Shown here: positions 1-9,620 of the stretch, in pieces | Layout of the letters: each line of letters opens with the position of its first letter | How positions within the stretch are numbered: the first letter of the stretch is position 1 | Assembly (NCBI GenBank): GCA_965227515.1 | Contig: CBDDFZ010000001.1 | Coordinates: 1,024,001 to 1,088,000 of the forward strand | Origin: Alphaproteobacteria bacterium | GTDB taxonomy: Bacteria; Pseudomonadota; Alphaproteobacteria; CALKHQ01 | Length of the DNA: 64,000 bases | Direction of reading: 5' to 3' | Made by a program: the position numbers and the translations under genes | Notes under the pieces: model-generated | Told to the model about the DNA's origin: nothing | What the model saw: only the letters and a program-made list of their open reading frames with translations | Databases searched by the model: none

Positions 1-219
1 ACGTTTGCAGGCGCGGAAGCCGGCCGCCTCGGCGGCGGCGCGGTCGTCGAACAGGCGGACGTTGCGGCGCAGGGGCGTGCGCGCCGGGCAGCCGGGCCGG
101 CAGACGATGCCGGTGGACGCCACCCCGATCACGTAGGTATCGGCGGCCCGCCGCGCGACGATTCCGGCCCATTCGCCGTCATTTGCCGCGCGCCCCTGGG
201 TTCTGTGGTGTGCCGCCAT
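1..219 (-). CDS. Ada metal-binding domain protein (runs off left edge)
   Basis: Not in ORF track. Manual translation from ATG 219 (GGAGG upstream) gives MAAHH...[44 protein letters not shown], the Ada N-terminal Zn motif CRPxC...FRxCKR. Confidence 0.85.
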   Translation of the reverse strand, partial: MAAHHRTQGRAANDGEWAGIVARRAADTYVIGVASTGIVCRPGCPARTPLRRNVRLFDDRAAAEAAGFRACKR

Positions 220-268
220 TGCTCGCCTCCTCATCCGCGAACCAGGAGACTGCGCAACCAAGAGCGGA

Positions 269-1912
269 TCAGCCACCCGTTTCTTGCGATTCCCGGCTGG
301 ACTTCGCCGCCGGCACGAACACCGGCTGTTCGGCGGCGATCCCCTTCAGCTTGTAGCAGCCGGCCTGGGTGAACTGGCCCGGCACCGCGTCGCTGAACGC
401 CTGGCTGACCAGGATCGGCTCGCCGAGTTCGGAACACAGCCCCTCGATGCGCGAGACCAGGTTGACCGCCGGGCCGATCACGGTGAAGTCGAGCCGGTGC
501 GGCGCGCCGATATTGCCGTACAGCACCTCGCCCAGGTGCAGCGCGATGCCGAAGTCCAGCGCCGGGCGCTCCTCGCCCCTGGTGAGGTTGTAGATTTCCA
601 CCGCGGTGCGGGCGTCGCGCGCGGCCTGGTAGGCGGCCCGGCAAACCTCGCCCGGGTCCGCGCCGTGATGCAGCGGGAAGATCGCCAGCACCGCGTCGCC
701 GATGAACTTCAGGATCTCGCCGCCATGGCGGTCGATGGCGTCGTTGACCATGCCGAAGAAGTCGTTCAGCAGCCCGATCATCTCCACCTCGGGCAGGGTC
801 TCGGCATGGGAGGTGAAACCGCGCAGGTCGCAGAACCACATGGCGGCGCGAATGCGCTCGCCGTCGCCGCGCTTCACCTGGCCATAGAGCACGCGCTCGC
901 TGGCGTGGCGGCCGATATAGGTATCGAGCAGGGCATGCGCGGTCTCGCGCAGGCTGAACGCCTCATAGAGCCGGCCCAGCATCGGCATGGTGTTGCGCAG
1001 GGCGGCCACCTGTTCGTCGCTGAACCCCGACGGCCTGTCGGTGGTAACCGCCAGCGTGTTGATCTGGTCGTTGGCGAACGGCATCGGCAACGCCAAATAG
1101 TCGGTGCCCCCGGCCTCGGCCAGCCGCCGCAGCAACGGATAGTCGGCAATCGCCGCGCTGTCGGTCAGCCGGAAGCGGACCTCCGGCGCGTGGTCCTCGG
1201 TGATCGGCCGCAGCGGGCTGGACACGTAGTCCGGCAACGGCTCGGTGCGGTGCGGCGCCGGCCGGTAATTGACCTCGTCCTGCCCCACTTCCCAGCTGAA
1301 GGTGGTGGAGCGCACTTGCGGGTGCAGCACCCACACGCCGACGAACAGGCGCATCAGGCCCATGTCCATGGACTGCAACTGGTCGATCAGGCTCTTGGTC
1401 AACGCCACCGCATTGCGCGCCCGCCAGGCCTGTTCCACGAACCAATGCGACATCCGGTCGACGCCGGAGCCGAGTTGCACCACCTGGGTCTGCGGTTCGG
1501 GCTTGCCGACCAGTTCGATATCGTCGACGCGGTCGGGATAGAACGCGACATAGTCCTTCAGCGCCGCCAAACCCTTGATCGGCGCCGGATAGGCCCACAC
1601 CGCGTTCTCGACGATTCGGTCGCCCAGCCTGATCGACCAGTACGCCGCCTCGCCCTTGTACGGGCAATAGGTGCGATGGTCGCTCGGCTCCAGGATACCG
1701 GCGCGCACGTCCGCCAGCGGCACGTACCACGTCGGCGCCAGCCGGGACTCGCGCAATTCCAGCGGCCGGGTGGTGTCGGCAATGACCTCGCCGCCGAGCC
1801 ACACCTTGATCCGCTCGTCGTGGGCATAGAGTTCGACGCGATAGCCGTCCTTCTCGACGGCCCCGATCGGGTCCATGGCAGCGGTGGTGGCGGTGGTGGT
1901 GGCAGCGCTCAT
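269..1912 (-). CDS. DUF427 domain fused to class III adenylate cyclase
   Basis: N-term [12 protein letters not shown]...NAVWAYPAP...VAFY (DUF427). C-term [40 protein letters not shown]. Start uncertain (1951/1912/1876). Confidence 0.88.
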   Translation of the reverse strand: MSAATTTATTAAMDPIGAVEKDGYRVELYAHDERIKVWLGGEVIADTTRPLELRESRLAPTWYVPLADVRAGILEPSDHRTYCPYKGEAAYWSIRLGDRIVENAVWAYPAPIKGLAALKDYVAFYPDRVDDIELVGKPEPQTQVVQLGSGVDRMSHWFVEQAWRARNAVALTKSLIDQLQSMDMGLMRLFVGVWVLHPQVRSTTFSWEVGQDEVNYRPAPHRTEPLPDYVSSPLRPITEDHAPEVRFRLTDSAAIADYPLLRRLAEAGGTDYLALPMPFANDQINTLAVTTDRPSGFSDEQVAALRNTMPMLGRLYEAFSLRETAHALLDTYIGRHASERVLYGQVKRGDGERIRAAMWFCDLRGFTSHAETLPEVEMIGLLNDFFGMVNDAIDRHGGEILKFIGDAVLAIFPLHHGADPGEVCRAAYQAARDARTAVEIYNLTRGEERPALDFGIALHLGEVLYGNIGAPHRLDFTVIGPAVNLVSRIEGLCSELGEPILVSQAFSDAVPGQFTQAGCYKLKGIAAEQPVFVPAAKSSRESQETGG

Positions 1913-2264
1913 ATCGATTTTCCCGGCAGAAATACGATCCAGGCCATGCAACCCGGGCAGTGTGGAGATAGGCCCGCTTGTGGGTCAAGCCAACCTCGGG
2001 ATCGCGATTGTGAACGCGCACATGCCGGCAGCGCGCGGAGGCCGGCCAGGAAACTGGTGCAACGCGCCGCCGGTTTGGCTAAATAGCCACGCGCCTGCTG
2101 AGCATCGTTATGGCCAGTACGCAAGCTGCCGCGCCGCCGAACGGCGGCACCCGCCCAATGTGGTGGCGCGCAGTGCAGGATTTCCAACGCCATCGCCAAT
2201 GCAACGTCGACACGAGGCCCGGTCGATGCCGCGATGGCCGGCAACCGACCGGATGTGCAAGCGA

Positions 2265-3404
2265 ATGGACCTTGTTCTGACCAATGCGCGGGTGGTGACG
2301 CCGGACCGGGTGACCAAGGGTCACGTCGCGGTGGTGCAGGGCCGCATCGCCGCCGTTGGCGACGGAGGCAGCGATGCGGCGGGGGCCATCGACCTGGACG
2401 GCGACTTCCTGATCCCCGGCCTGATCGACCTGCACACCGACCATCTGGAGCGCCATTTCAGCCCCCGCCCCGGAGTCCACTGGGACGGTGTGGCGGCCGC
2501 CATGTCGCACGACGCGCAGATCGCCTGTGCCGGCATCACCACGGTTTACGATTCGCTCGCGCTGATCGGCGGCCGGGAGACCAACGACCGCCACCAGGTG
2601 ATGGGGCCGATGATCGACGGGCTGAGCCGCGCGGTCGCCGGCCGCATGCTGCGCGCCGACCATCGCCTGCACCTGCGCTGCGAGGTGGTGGAGCACGACG
2701 TGGTCGAGCGGTTCAGCGCCTATCTGGACAACCCGCTGCTGCAGCTCGTCTCGGTGATGGACCACTCCCCCGGTCAGCGCCAGTTCACCAATATCGAGAC
2801 CTACAAGAAGGCGCACATGCGGGTGCTGAAGCTGAACGCCGAGGAGATGGACCGCATGGTGGTGGAGCGCATGGCCGCGTCGCGCGAACACGGCCCGACG
2901 AACCGCACCCGGCTGGCTGAACTTGCCCGCGAACACGGTCTGGCGTTCGCCAGCCACGACGACGAGACCGGGGAACACGTTGCGGAGTCCGCGGCGCTTG
3001 GCGTCACCATCGCCGAGTTCCCGACCACGGTGACCGCGGCGGCGGCATGCCGCGCCAATGGCATGCACATCGTGATGGGCGCGCCGAACCTTGTGCGCGG
3101 CGGCTCTCACTCCGGCAATGTCGCCGCCGCCGACCTGGCGGCACGCGGGCTGCTCGATATCCTGTCGTCGGACTACGTGCCGTTCAGCATGCTCCAGGCC
3201 GCGTTCGCGCTGTCCGGTCCGCCGCACGGCCACGACCTGCCAAGTGCCATTGCCACCGTCACCCGCAACCCGGCCCGCGCCGCCGGCCTGGACGACCGGG
3301 GCGCGATTGAGGAAGGCCTGAACGCCGACCTCGTCCGTGTGTCGCTGGTCGGCGGCATGCCGGTGGTCCGCGCGGTGTGGCACAACGGTGAGCGCGTGGC
3401 ATGA
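2265..3404 (+). CDS. phnM: alpha-D-ribose 1-methylphosphonate 5-triphosphate diphosphatase
   Basis: PGLIDLHTDHLE, MDHSPGQRQ, ASHDD, AEFPTT, MGAPNLVRGGSHSGN, LSSDYVP. Confidence 0.93.
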   Translation: MDLVLTNARVVTPDRVTKGHVAVVQGRIAAVGDGGSDAAGAIDLDGDFLIPGLIDLHTDHLERHFSPRPGVHWDGVAAAMSHDAQIACAGITTVYDSLALIGGRETNDRHQVMGPMIDGLSRAVAGRMLRADHRLHLRCEVVEHDVVERFSAYLDNPLLQLVSVMDHSPGQRQFTNIETYKKAHMRVLKLNAEEMDRMVVERMAASREHGPTNRTRLAELAREHGLAFASHDDETGEHVAESAALGVTIAEFPTTVTAAAACRANGMHIVMGAPNLVRGGSHSGNVAAADLAARGLLDILSSDYVPFSMLQAAFALSGPPHGHDLPSAIATVTRNPARAAGLDDRGAIEEGLNADLVRVSLVGGMPVVRAVWHNGERVA

Positions 3405-4114
3405 GCGAGAACTGGGCGGCGGCACCGCGCTACGCGCTTTACTTCACGCCGGCGCAGGGCTCCCCGCTGGCGACGTTCGGCGCGCAGTGGCTGGGCCGCG
3501 ACGTCGGCGACGGCCGCATCGTCGAACAGCCAATGGTGGCGGGCTTCACGCCGGAGGAACTTGCGGCACTCACCGCCGATCCGCGCCGCTACGGCTTCCA
3601 TGCCACGCTGAAGGCGCCGTTCCGCCTGGCGCCCGGGCGATCCCTCGGCGACCTGTTGGAACGCCTGTCGATCTTCAGTGGCATGCACCGGGCGTTCAGG
3701 GCACCGCCGCTGCAACTGGCCAGTATCGGCGGGTTCCGCGCCCTGGTGCTGAGCGACCGCTGCCCCGAGATGGACGACCTGGCCGCTGCCTGCGTGACCG
3801 GGTTCGAGCCGTTCCGCGCCGAGCTGAGCGAGAACGAGATCGCACGGCGCGAGGCGGCGGGGCTGGACGACGAAGAGCGCCAGAACCTGCTGACGCTGGG
3901 CTATCCCTACGTGCTGGACCGGTTCCGTTTCCACATGACGCTGACCCGCCGGGTGGACGATGCGCTCGGCGCGCGGGTCGATGCGGCGCTGGCGCCGCTG
4001 GTCGCACCCCATTGCGCCGAGCCGCTGACGGTCGATGCCGTCACCCTGTGCGCGCAGGCCGGGCCGGACCAGCCGTTCGTGCAATACGCGCGGTGCGGGT
4101 TGGGGCAGGGGTAG
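3401..4114 (+). CDS. DUF1045 phosphonate-associated 2H-phosphoesterase-like protein
   Basis: RYALYFTP, RRYGFHATLKAPF, GYPYVLDRFRFHMTLT; ATGA overlap with phnM. Confidence 0.88.
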   Translation: MSENWAAAPRYALYFTPAQGSPLATFGAQWLGRDVGDGRIVEQPMVAGFTPEELAALTADPRRYGFHATLKAPFRLAPGRSLGDLLERLSIFSGMHRAFRAPPLQLASIGGFRALVLSDRCPEMDDLAAACVTGFEPFRAELSENEIARREAAGLDDEERQNLLTLGYPYVLDRFRFHMTLTRRVDDALGARVDAALAPLVAPHCAEPLTVDAVTLCAQAGPDQPFVQYARCGLGQG

Positions 4115-4183
4115 CACCCTTCCCGTTGTTATTGCTTGACAATCCAGAGAGTGGCAACGCGCTGGCCACTCCAATACCCCGCC

Positions 4184-4303
4184 GTCATGCCCGGGCCGGC
4201 CGCAAGGCCGAGACCCGGGTATCCACGCGGTCATTGCAGGACGCTGGCGTCGCCAGGGACTGTCATCAACTGCGTGGATGCGCGGATCAAGTCCGCGCAT
4301 GAC
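4184..4303. repeat. REP doublet (GTCATG...CATGAC family) between convergent genes
   Basis: GTCATGCCCGGG..CCCGGGTATCCACGC and inverted GCGTGGATGCGCGGATCAAGTCCGCGCATGAC. Confidence 0.8.
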
Positions 4304-4321
4304 AGTTAGTGCTATTGCCGC

Positions 4322-5143
4322 TCACACGAACCGCTTGCGCAGCACCTGGGAGCCGATGTCGACCAGGCTGACGACCACGATGATGATCAGCATGATCGCC
4401 GCGGTCTCCGCGTAATAGAAGCCGCGGATGGTCTCGTAGAGGATCTGGCCGATGCCGCCGGCGCCGACGATGCCGAGCACGGTGGCGGAGCGCAGGTTGG
4501 ACTCGAAGCGGTAGAGCGTGAACGAGATCCACAGCGGCATCACCTGCGGGATGACACCGAACACCACTTCCTGCACCCGGGTGGCGCCAGTGGCGCGAAT
4601 GCCCTCCACCGGGCGCGGGTCGATGGCCTCCACCGCCTCGGAGAACAGCTTGGCGAGGATGCCGGTGGTGTGGATCCACAGCGCCAGCACGCCGGCGAAC
4701 GGCCCGAGCCCGACCGCCGAGACGAACAGGATGGCGAAAACGATCTCGTTGATGGCGCGAAACGCATCCATCAGCCGGCGCACCGGCTGGTAGACCCACC
4801 ATGGCACGATGTTGGCCGACGACAGCACGCCGAACGGCACCGCCAGAACGACCGCCAGCGCTGTGCCCCAGACCGCGATCTGCACGGTGATCAGCATCTC
4901 GTCCATGTAGATGCGCCAATCGTGGAAGTTGGGCGGGAAGAAGCCCTGGATGTAGCGCAGCATGTTGTCGGCGGACTCGATCAGGTCGCCGGGGCGCATG
5001 TCCGCGCCGTCCCACGACCACGCCAGCAGCCCGGCGATCACCGCCCAGGCCGCGACGTTGCCCCAGGTACGTTTCAGGTTGCGCGGCGGCAGTGCCGCCG
5101 TGCTGGAGTGCAGCGTCATCTGGGTCACGGTCGGGGCACGCAT
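4322..5143 (-). CDS. phnE: phosphonate ABC permease
   Basis: [37 protein letters not shown]; start approximate. Confidence 0.93.
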   Translation of the reverse strand: MRAPTVTQMTLHSSTAALPPRNLKRTWGNVAAWAVIAGLLAWSWDGADMRPGDLIESADNMLRYIQGFFPPNFHDWRIYMDEMLITVQIAVWGTALAVVLAVPFGVLSSANIVPWWVYQPVRRLMDAFRAINEIVFAILFVSAVGLGPFAGVLALWIHTTGILAKLFSEAVEAIDPRPVEGIRATGATRVQEVVFGVIPQVMPLWISFTLYRFESNLRSATVLGIVGAGGIGQILYETIRGFYYAETAAIMLIIIVVVSLVDIGSQVLRKRFV

Positions 5144-5184
5144 GTGGTGGATGTCAGGCTGTTCGAGCGACGGAATCGCGGGAG

Positions 5185-5310
5185 GAGCATGATCACCTAA
5201 GTCGGCACCGGCCCGCTCCCCCACCCGGCCACCCAGCAGGATACTTTCGTGGGCGGCCGGGTGGGGGAGAGGGCTGGTGCAGACTTCAGCGCAAGCTGAT
5301 CCTGATCTAG
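5185..5310. mobile_element. MITE-like palindromic element, family A copy 1
   Basis: Imperfect terminal IRs GAGCATGATCACCT / AGCTGATCCTGATC-TA around hairpin AGTCGGCACCGGCCC..CCCCACCCGGCC / GGCCGGGTGGGGG..GGGCTGGTGCAGACT. Confidence 0.75.
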
Positions 5311-5337
5311 TGCCCCGTCCCGGCGGGGACGGGGCAC
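5310..5337 (-). terminator. 12-bp GC stem-loop after phnD
   Basis: GTGCCCCGTCCC-GGCG-GGGACGGGGCAC; no U-tract, so possibly an mRNA-stabilising hairpin. Confidence 0.55.
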
Positions 5338-5356
5338 CGGTGTCGGCGCCGGGCGG

Positions 5357-6373
5357 CTACATCGCCGCGTTGGTCACGATCTCCAGCGTCTCGAGCTGGG
5401 AGTCGATCTCGGCCAGCGCGGCCGCCTTGTCTTCCTCGCTGAGCGCCTCGTCATTGAGGACGTTCAGGCGGTCGCGGAACAGGCGGAGCTGGCGGATCGG
5501 CAGCAGCTGGTCGTTTGAGGAATTGGTGAACGCGGCCTGACCGTCGCTCATGCCGGCCAGCACGGCCTGCGCCTCTTCCACATTGTCGCCGAGGCGCCCG
5601 TAGGTGATGAAGAAGCCGCGGATCATGTCCTTCAGCTCGCTGCTGAGGTCGGCGCGATAGACGATCGGGTCGCTCGGGATCAGCGGCGACGTCCAGATGA
5701 CCCGCACGTTCTCCACGATCTCGGGCTGGTTCATCGCCGTGCGTTCCCACTGCTCGGAGTTGTTGGTGGCGGCGTCGACCTGGTCGTTGGCAACGGCCAT
5801 GAAGTTGGTCTCGTGGTTCGAGTTGCGCACGTTCTCGAAGCACTCGTTCGGGTCGACGTTGTTCTGCGCGAACACATAGAAGCTCGGCACCAGATAGCCC
5901 GAGGTGGAGTTCGGGTCGCCCATGCCGAAGTCGAGGCCGGTGCCGCACGCGGCCAGCAGGTCGTCCAGGGTCTGGAACGGGCTCTCGGCCGGCACCAGGA
6001 TGTGGCTGTAGTAGCCCTGGGTGCCGTCGGTCTTGGTCTGGCGGGCGAACACCTCGCCGCCGGCACGGTCCACCGCCTCGATGGCGGAGGCATTGCCGAA
6101 CCAGGCCACCGTCACCTGGCCGAAGCGCATCGCCTCGATCACGCCGGCATAGTCGCTGGCATAGAAGCCTTCGACCGGCATGCCCAACGCCTCGGACATA
6201 TCCTCCAGGAACGGCTCCCACTGGCGGCGCAGGTTCTGCGACGATTCCGTCGAGATGATGCCGAAATTGATCACGTCCGGGTCGCCGGCCAGCGGCTCCG
6301 GCTCGGCGCTGGCCAGGCCAGCCGCGAAAAGGACACCGGTAAATGCCGTTCCGGCAACGAGATGACGGATCAT
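5357..6373 (-). CDS. phnD: phosphonate ABC substrate-binding protein
   Basis: Signal peptide; NFGIISTES, DYAGVIEAMRF, GDPNSTSGYLVP, IWTSPLIPSDP. Confidence 0.93.
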   Translation of the reverse strand: MIRHLVAGTAFTGVLFAAGLASAEPEPLAGDPDVINFGIISTESSQNLRRQWEPFLEDMSEALGMPVEGFYASDYAGVIEAMRFGQVTVAWFGNASAIEAVDRAGGEVFARQTKTDGTQGYYSHILVPAESPFQTLDDLLAACGTGLDFGMGDPNSTSGYLVPSFYVFAQNNVDPNECFENVRNSNHETNFMAVANDQVDAATNNSEQWERTAMNQPEIVENVRVIWTSPLIPSDPIVYRADLSSELKDMIRGFFITYGRLGDNVEEAQAVLAGMSDGQAAFTNSSNDQLLPIRQLRLFRDRLNVLNDEALSEEDKAAALAEIDSQLETLEIVTNAAM

Positions 6374-6422
6374 GCCTTCCTCCTTCGTTGGGTCTGAGAT
6401 GAATTCGGGTGGTGGGGTGCGG

Positions 6423-7307
6423 TCAGGCGGTGGCCATGGCCTCGATGCCATCGGCCGTCATTTTCCGCCTGTCCGGCAGTGGGGCAGAGGATGAGGGTCC
6501 ATCCTCGGTGCCAGCAGTGGGCCCAGTGGGCAGGATCAACTCCTCGCTCTGGGCGCCGTAGAGCTCGGTCAGGAAGGCGGGGGTCAGCTTGGTCGAGGGC
6601 CCGTCGAACACGACCTGCCCGTCGCGCAGCGCGATGGTGCGCGCGCAATAGGCGAAGGCGTACTCGACCTGATGCAGCGACACGACGACGGTGATGCCCA
6701 TCTCGCGGTTCACGCGGGCCAGGATCTCCATCACCCGCCGGGCCGATTTCGGGTCCAGCGACGCGATCGGCTCGTCGGCCAGGATGATCTCGGCCTGCTG
6801 GACCAGCGCCCGCGCGATCGCCGCGCGCTGCTGCTGGCCGCCGCTGAGCGTGGACGCACGCTGGGTGGCGCGCTCGGCGATGTCGACCGCTTCCAGCGCC
6901 TGCATCGCCAGCAGTTTCTCGGCCCGGGTGAACAGCCCCAGGCAGCCGCGCCAGCCGGGAATGCGGCCGAGCACGCCGAGGACGACGTTGGACAGCACCG
7001 TCAGCCGGCTGACCAGGTTGAACTGCTGGAAGACGACGCCGACGCGGGCGCGCACTTTCCGCGCGGCCGATGTCGGCCGGCCGTCGTACTGCACCACATG
7101 GTCGAGCACGTTGACGCAGCACGCATTGCGCTGCCGGTCGGCGCTGATAAGACCGGCAATGTTGCGAATGAGGGTCGACTTGCCGGAGCCGGACGCGCCG
7201 ATCAGCGCGACCATCTCGCCGCGGTCGACGGTCAGGCTGACGCCATCCAGCGCGCGCTTGCCCCCGAACGACTTGCTGAGCTTTTCGACTTCGATCGCCG
7301 CGGCCAT
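6423..7307 (-). CDS. phnC: phosphonate ABC ATPase
   Basis: [47 protein letters not shown]. Confidence 0.93.
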   Translation of the reverse strand: MAAAIEVEKLSKSFGGKRALDGVSLTVDRGEMVALIGASGSGKSTLIRNIAGLISADRQRNACCVNVLDHVVQYDGRPTSAARKVRARVGVVFQQFNLVSRLTVLSNVVLGVLGRIPGWRGCLGLFTRAEKLLAMQALEAVDIAERATQRASTLSGGQQQRAAIARALVQQAEIILADEPIASLDPKSARRVMEILARVNREMGITVVVSLHQVEYAFAYCARTIALRDGQVVFDGPSTKLTPAFLTELYGAQSEELILPTGPTAGTEDGPSSSAPLPDRRKMTADGIEAMATA

Positions 7308-7402
7308 TCCCCGTTCCCTCGGGGGAAAAGCCTATTCACGCTCGGCGAGGCTTTTATTTCCGATCGTTGAACTTTTTATGGCGGGTCGGTGCAGAGCAAC
7401 CG

Positions 7403-7672
7403 TCAGCGGATGCAACGGCTGGCATCGTAGTCGTAAACGCCGCCGAGCTCTGTGCAGAAGTCCGGGCTGGTATCGGGCGTGTTGCACCCCGGCTGGCTGG
7501 TGTCGCCGCCGACCAGGCAGTCGACGCCGCTGGTGACCTCGTTCTCAATTGCCTGTTGGCAGCCGGCCAATGCGGCAAGCCCGACCACGGCGACGAACGC
7601 CGAGACCCCGGCCGCGCCGGTCAGTGAGGAAACGGCGCCGGCAAATCGCCGCCGCGAATGGTTGACGATCAT
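7403..7672 (-). CDS. small Cys-rich lipoprotein (paralog 1)
   Basis: Basic N-term, hydrophobic stretch, lipobox LAGC; C-term FCTELGGVYDYDASRCIR. Confidence 0.7.
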   Translation of the reverse strand: MIVNHSRRRFAGAVSSLTGAAGVSAFVAVVGLAALAGCQQAIENEVTSGVDCLVGGDTSQPGCNTPDTSPDFCTELGGVYDYDASRCIR

Positions 7673-7751
7673 GGAACCCCCCAGTTCAACCGGCACCAAA
7701 CGGCAGCGGCACAGTGACGTTGACCGCCCAACCTGCCATTGGCAAGTAGTT

Positions 7752-8444
7752 TCAGCCGTTCCGATGCCAGACCTGCCCGTATTCCTCGCACAGCAGGCGG
7801 TGCGGCGGCTCGTCCTCCTCGACATCGGGAAAGCGGCCGACCGGCTCGTGAAAGCGATTGTCGCCCAGGTCGTCGCTGACCAGCGATACCTCGCCCACCA
7901 TCACCCGGCCGCCCTCGGTGCTGAGCGCGTGATACTGGCCGGGCCTCAGCGTGATGCTCTCGCCGGCGCCGAGGCGCAGCTTCTCGCCGGGGCCGACGAC
8001 CCGCCGCATGCCATCGACCTCCACCTCCATCGGTTCGCCGCTCAGCTCACCTTCCTCGTCGGCCTGGTGCAGTTCCACCACCAGCGTGCCGCCGCCGCGG
8101 TTGATGATGTCCTCCACCTTGACGTGGTGATAGTGCAGCGGGCAGCGCTGGCCCTCGTCCAGCATGATGATCTTCTCGCAGTACATCTTGCCGGAGCGGT
8201 TGCGGATGTTCTCCGGCTTGCCGTTGCGGATGGTGAAAATGGTCAGCCCGCAGCGCGCGAAGTCGTCCTGGCCGAAATCGGTGATGTCCCAGCCGAGATG
8301 GCAGTCGACGATGTCGCGCACCTCGTCGCCCTTGGCCGACCAGTCGTCGGGCGACCAGTCGGCGAACGGGGGCAGGCGAAAGCCGTTGGCGCGAAAGAAC
8401 GCGTCGGCCTCGCGGATGGCGTGGTTGATCTCTGAGCGCTTCAT
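7752..8444 (-). CDS. D-lyxose/D-mannose family sugar isomerase (cupin)
   Basis: MKRSEIN, LGWDITDFG, YCEKI, PLHYHHVKVEDIINRGGG, GEVS..DD..DN.F. Confidence 0.9.
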   Translation of the reverse strand: MKRSEINHAIREADAFFRANGFRLPPFADWSPDDWSAKGDEVRDIVDCHLGWDITDFGQDDFARCGLTIFTIRNGKPENIRNRSGKMYCEKIIMLDEGQRCPLHYHHVKVEDIINRGGGTLVVELHQADEEGELSGEPMEVEVDGMRRVVGPGEKLRLGAGESITLRPGQYHALSTEGGRVMVGEVSLVSDDLGDNRFHEPVGRFPDVEEDEPPHRLLCEEYGQVWHRNG

Positions 8445-8524
8445 GGCATTCCTCCCGGCGGTTTTGCCGGCAGGATAGGCTGCACCGATGCCGCCGTCAT
8501 CAACGGCGGCCTAATATTCATTCC

Positions 8525-8612
8525 AGTCGGTACCGGCCCGCGCCCCGTCCCGGCCACCCAGGAATCATACTGTCGTTGGGTGGCCGAGAGGGGGTGCGGG
8601 CTGGCGCCGACT
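8525..8612. repeat. family A hairpin core, copy 2 (diverged, no clear terminal IRs)
   Basis: AGTCGGTACCGGCCCGCGCCCC..CGGCCACCCA / TGGGTGGCCG..GGGGTGCGGGCTGGCGCCGACT. Confidence 0.75.
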
Positions 8613-8636
8613 TCAACACGACTTCAATACATAGAA

Positions 8637-9008
8637 CTACGGCTGGACGCAGTTGTTCGCCGCGCTGTCCCAGTAGCCGCCGAAGTTGGTGCACATCTGG
8701 CGCGCAATGCCCTCGCCGGTCTCGTCGTCGGGCTGCGACGGGTCGTCGTTCTCGCCGAAGCGCGCGCCGTTGGGGCCGCGGACGTCGTCCTGCAGGTCCG
8801 ATCCCGGATGCCCCGCCTGGCATTCGACGCCGGTGAACAGGCCGCACTCGTAGCCGCCGTCGGAGGTGACGCCAGGCGCATAGGAGCGGGCCGGCGCGGA
8901 ACTGCCCTGGCAGCCGGCGAGCGCGGCCGCGACAGCCATCATCGCCACGGTTCCGATTGACAGGAATGAGCGACCGGCCGCCGGCCGGTTGTTTCGAGAC
9001 ACACGCAT
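8637..9008 (-). CDS. small Cys-rich lipoprotein (paralog 2)
   Basis: Lipobox LAGC; C-term MCTNFGGYWDSAANNCVQP. Confidence 0.7.
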   Translation of the reverse strand: MRVSRNNRPAAGRSFLSIGTVAMMAVAAALAGCQGSSAPARSYAPGVTSDGGYECGLFTGVECQAGHPGSDLQDDVRGPNGARFGENDDPSQPDDETGEGIARQMCTNFGGYWDSAANNCVQP

Positions 9009-9153
9009 ATGACCCCCGACGTATGTGGTGATGACCCCAACGGAGGGTCGTACAAGCAACGAAGGGTGTCAGGCTAGCGCACTTTGATGGCGGACAACAG
9101 TGCGGTAATCGGCACGCGCCAACCGCAGCCTGGCCAACCGCAGTCTGTATGTA

Positions 9154-9576
9154 TCAGCCTCGGCCGAACCAGCGGCGGCGGCCGCGGCGTTCGCCGGCCG
9201 GCGCGGTGCGATGCTCGGCGGGGTCGTCCAGCGTCTGGCCGGACGCCAGTTCCAGCGCGGTCCGGGGGTCGATGAATGGCCAGCGCCGGCAGATCAGGGC
9301 GGCGGCGCGATGAACGGCCTGCTCGGGCGAAGCGGTGCAGGCGGCTTGCCAGCGCGCCTGTTCGACGATGGCGACCAGTTCGTCGCCATCGATGGCCGCT
9401 TCTTCGGCATCAGAACCGAGGTCGTCATCGTCCGCGGCGTCCTGCGACGGGATGGGGTCGCCCCCGTCGACAATGGAGGGGTCGGGTCCATGCAACCAGC
9501 TGAATGGGGCGCGCGTCACGGCAATCCGGCCTGCAGTAGGGCGTGGCCCGTTCGACCACGCGGGGGATGCCGACAT
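9154..9576 (-). CDS. hypothetical protein
   Basis: Fills the gap downstream of modC on the same strand; acidic stretch then helical segment; start uncertain. Confidence 0.45.
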   Translation of the reverse strand: MSASPAWSNGPRPTAGRIAVTRAPFSWLHGPDPSIVDGGDPIPSQDAADDDDLGSDAEEAAIDGDELVAIVEQARWQAACTASPEQAVHRAAALICRRWPFIDPRTALELASGQTLDDPAEHRTAPAGERRGRRRWFGRG

Positions 9577-9620
9577 TTGACCCCGGCTTGGTTAACCGAT
9601 GGTTGCGATCCTGGGCGCCA

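Noticed and set aside
284-2086. Long antisense ORFs (also 22415..24310, 24223..26439, 31357..33231, 49968..51623, 61157..63118)
   Set aside because: Shadow frames of well-supported genes in high-GC DNA; no motifs
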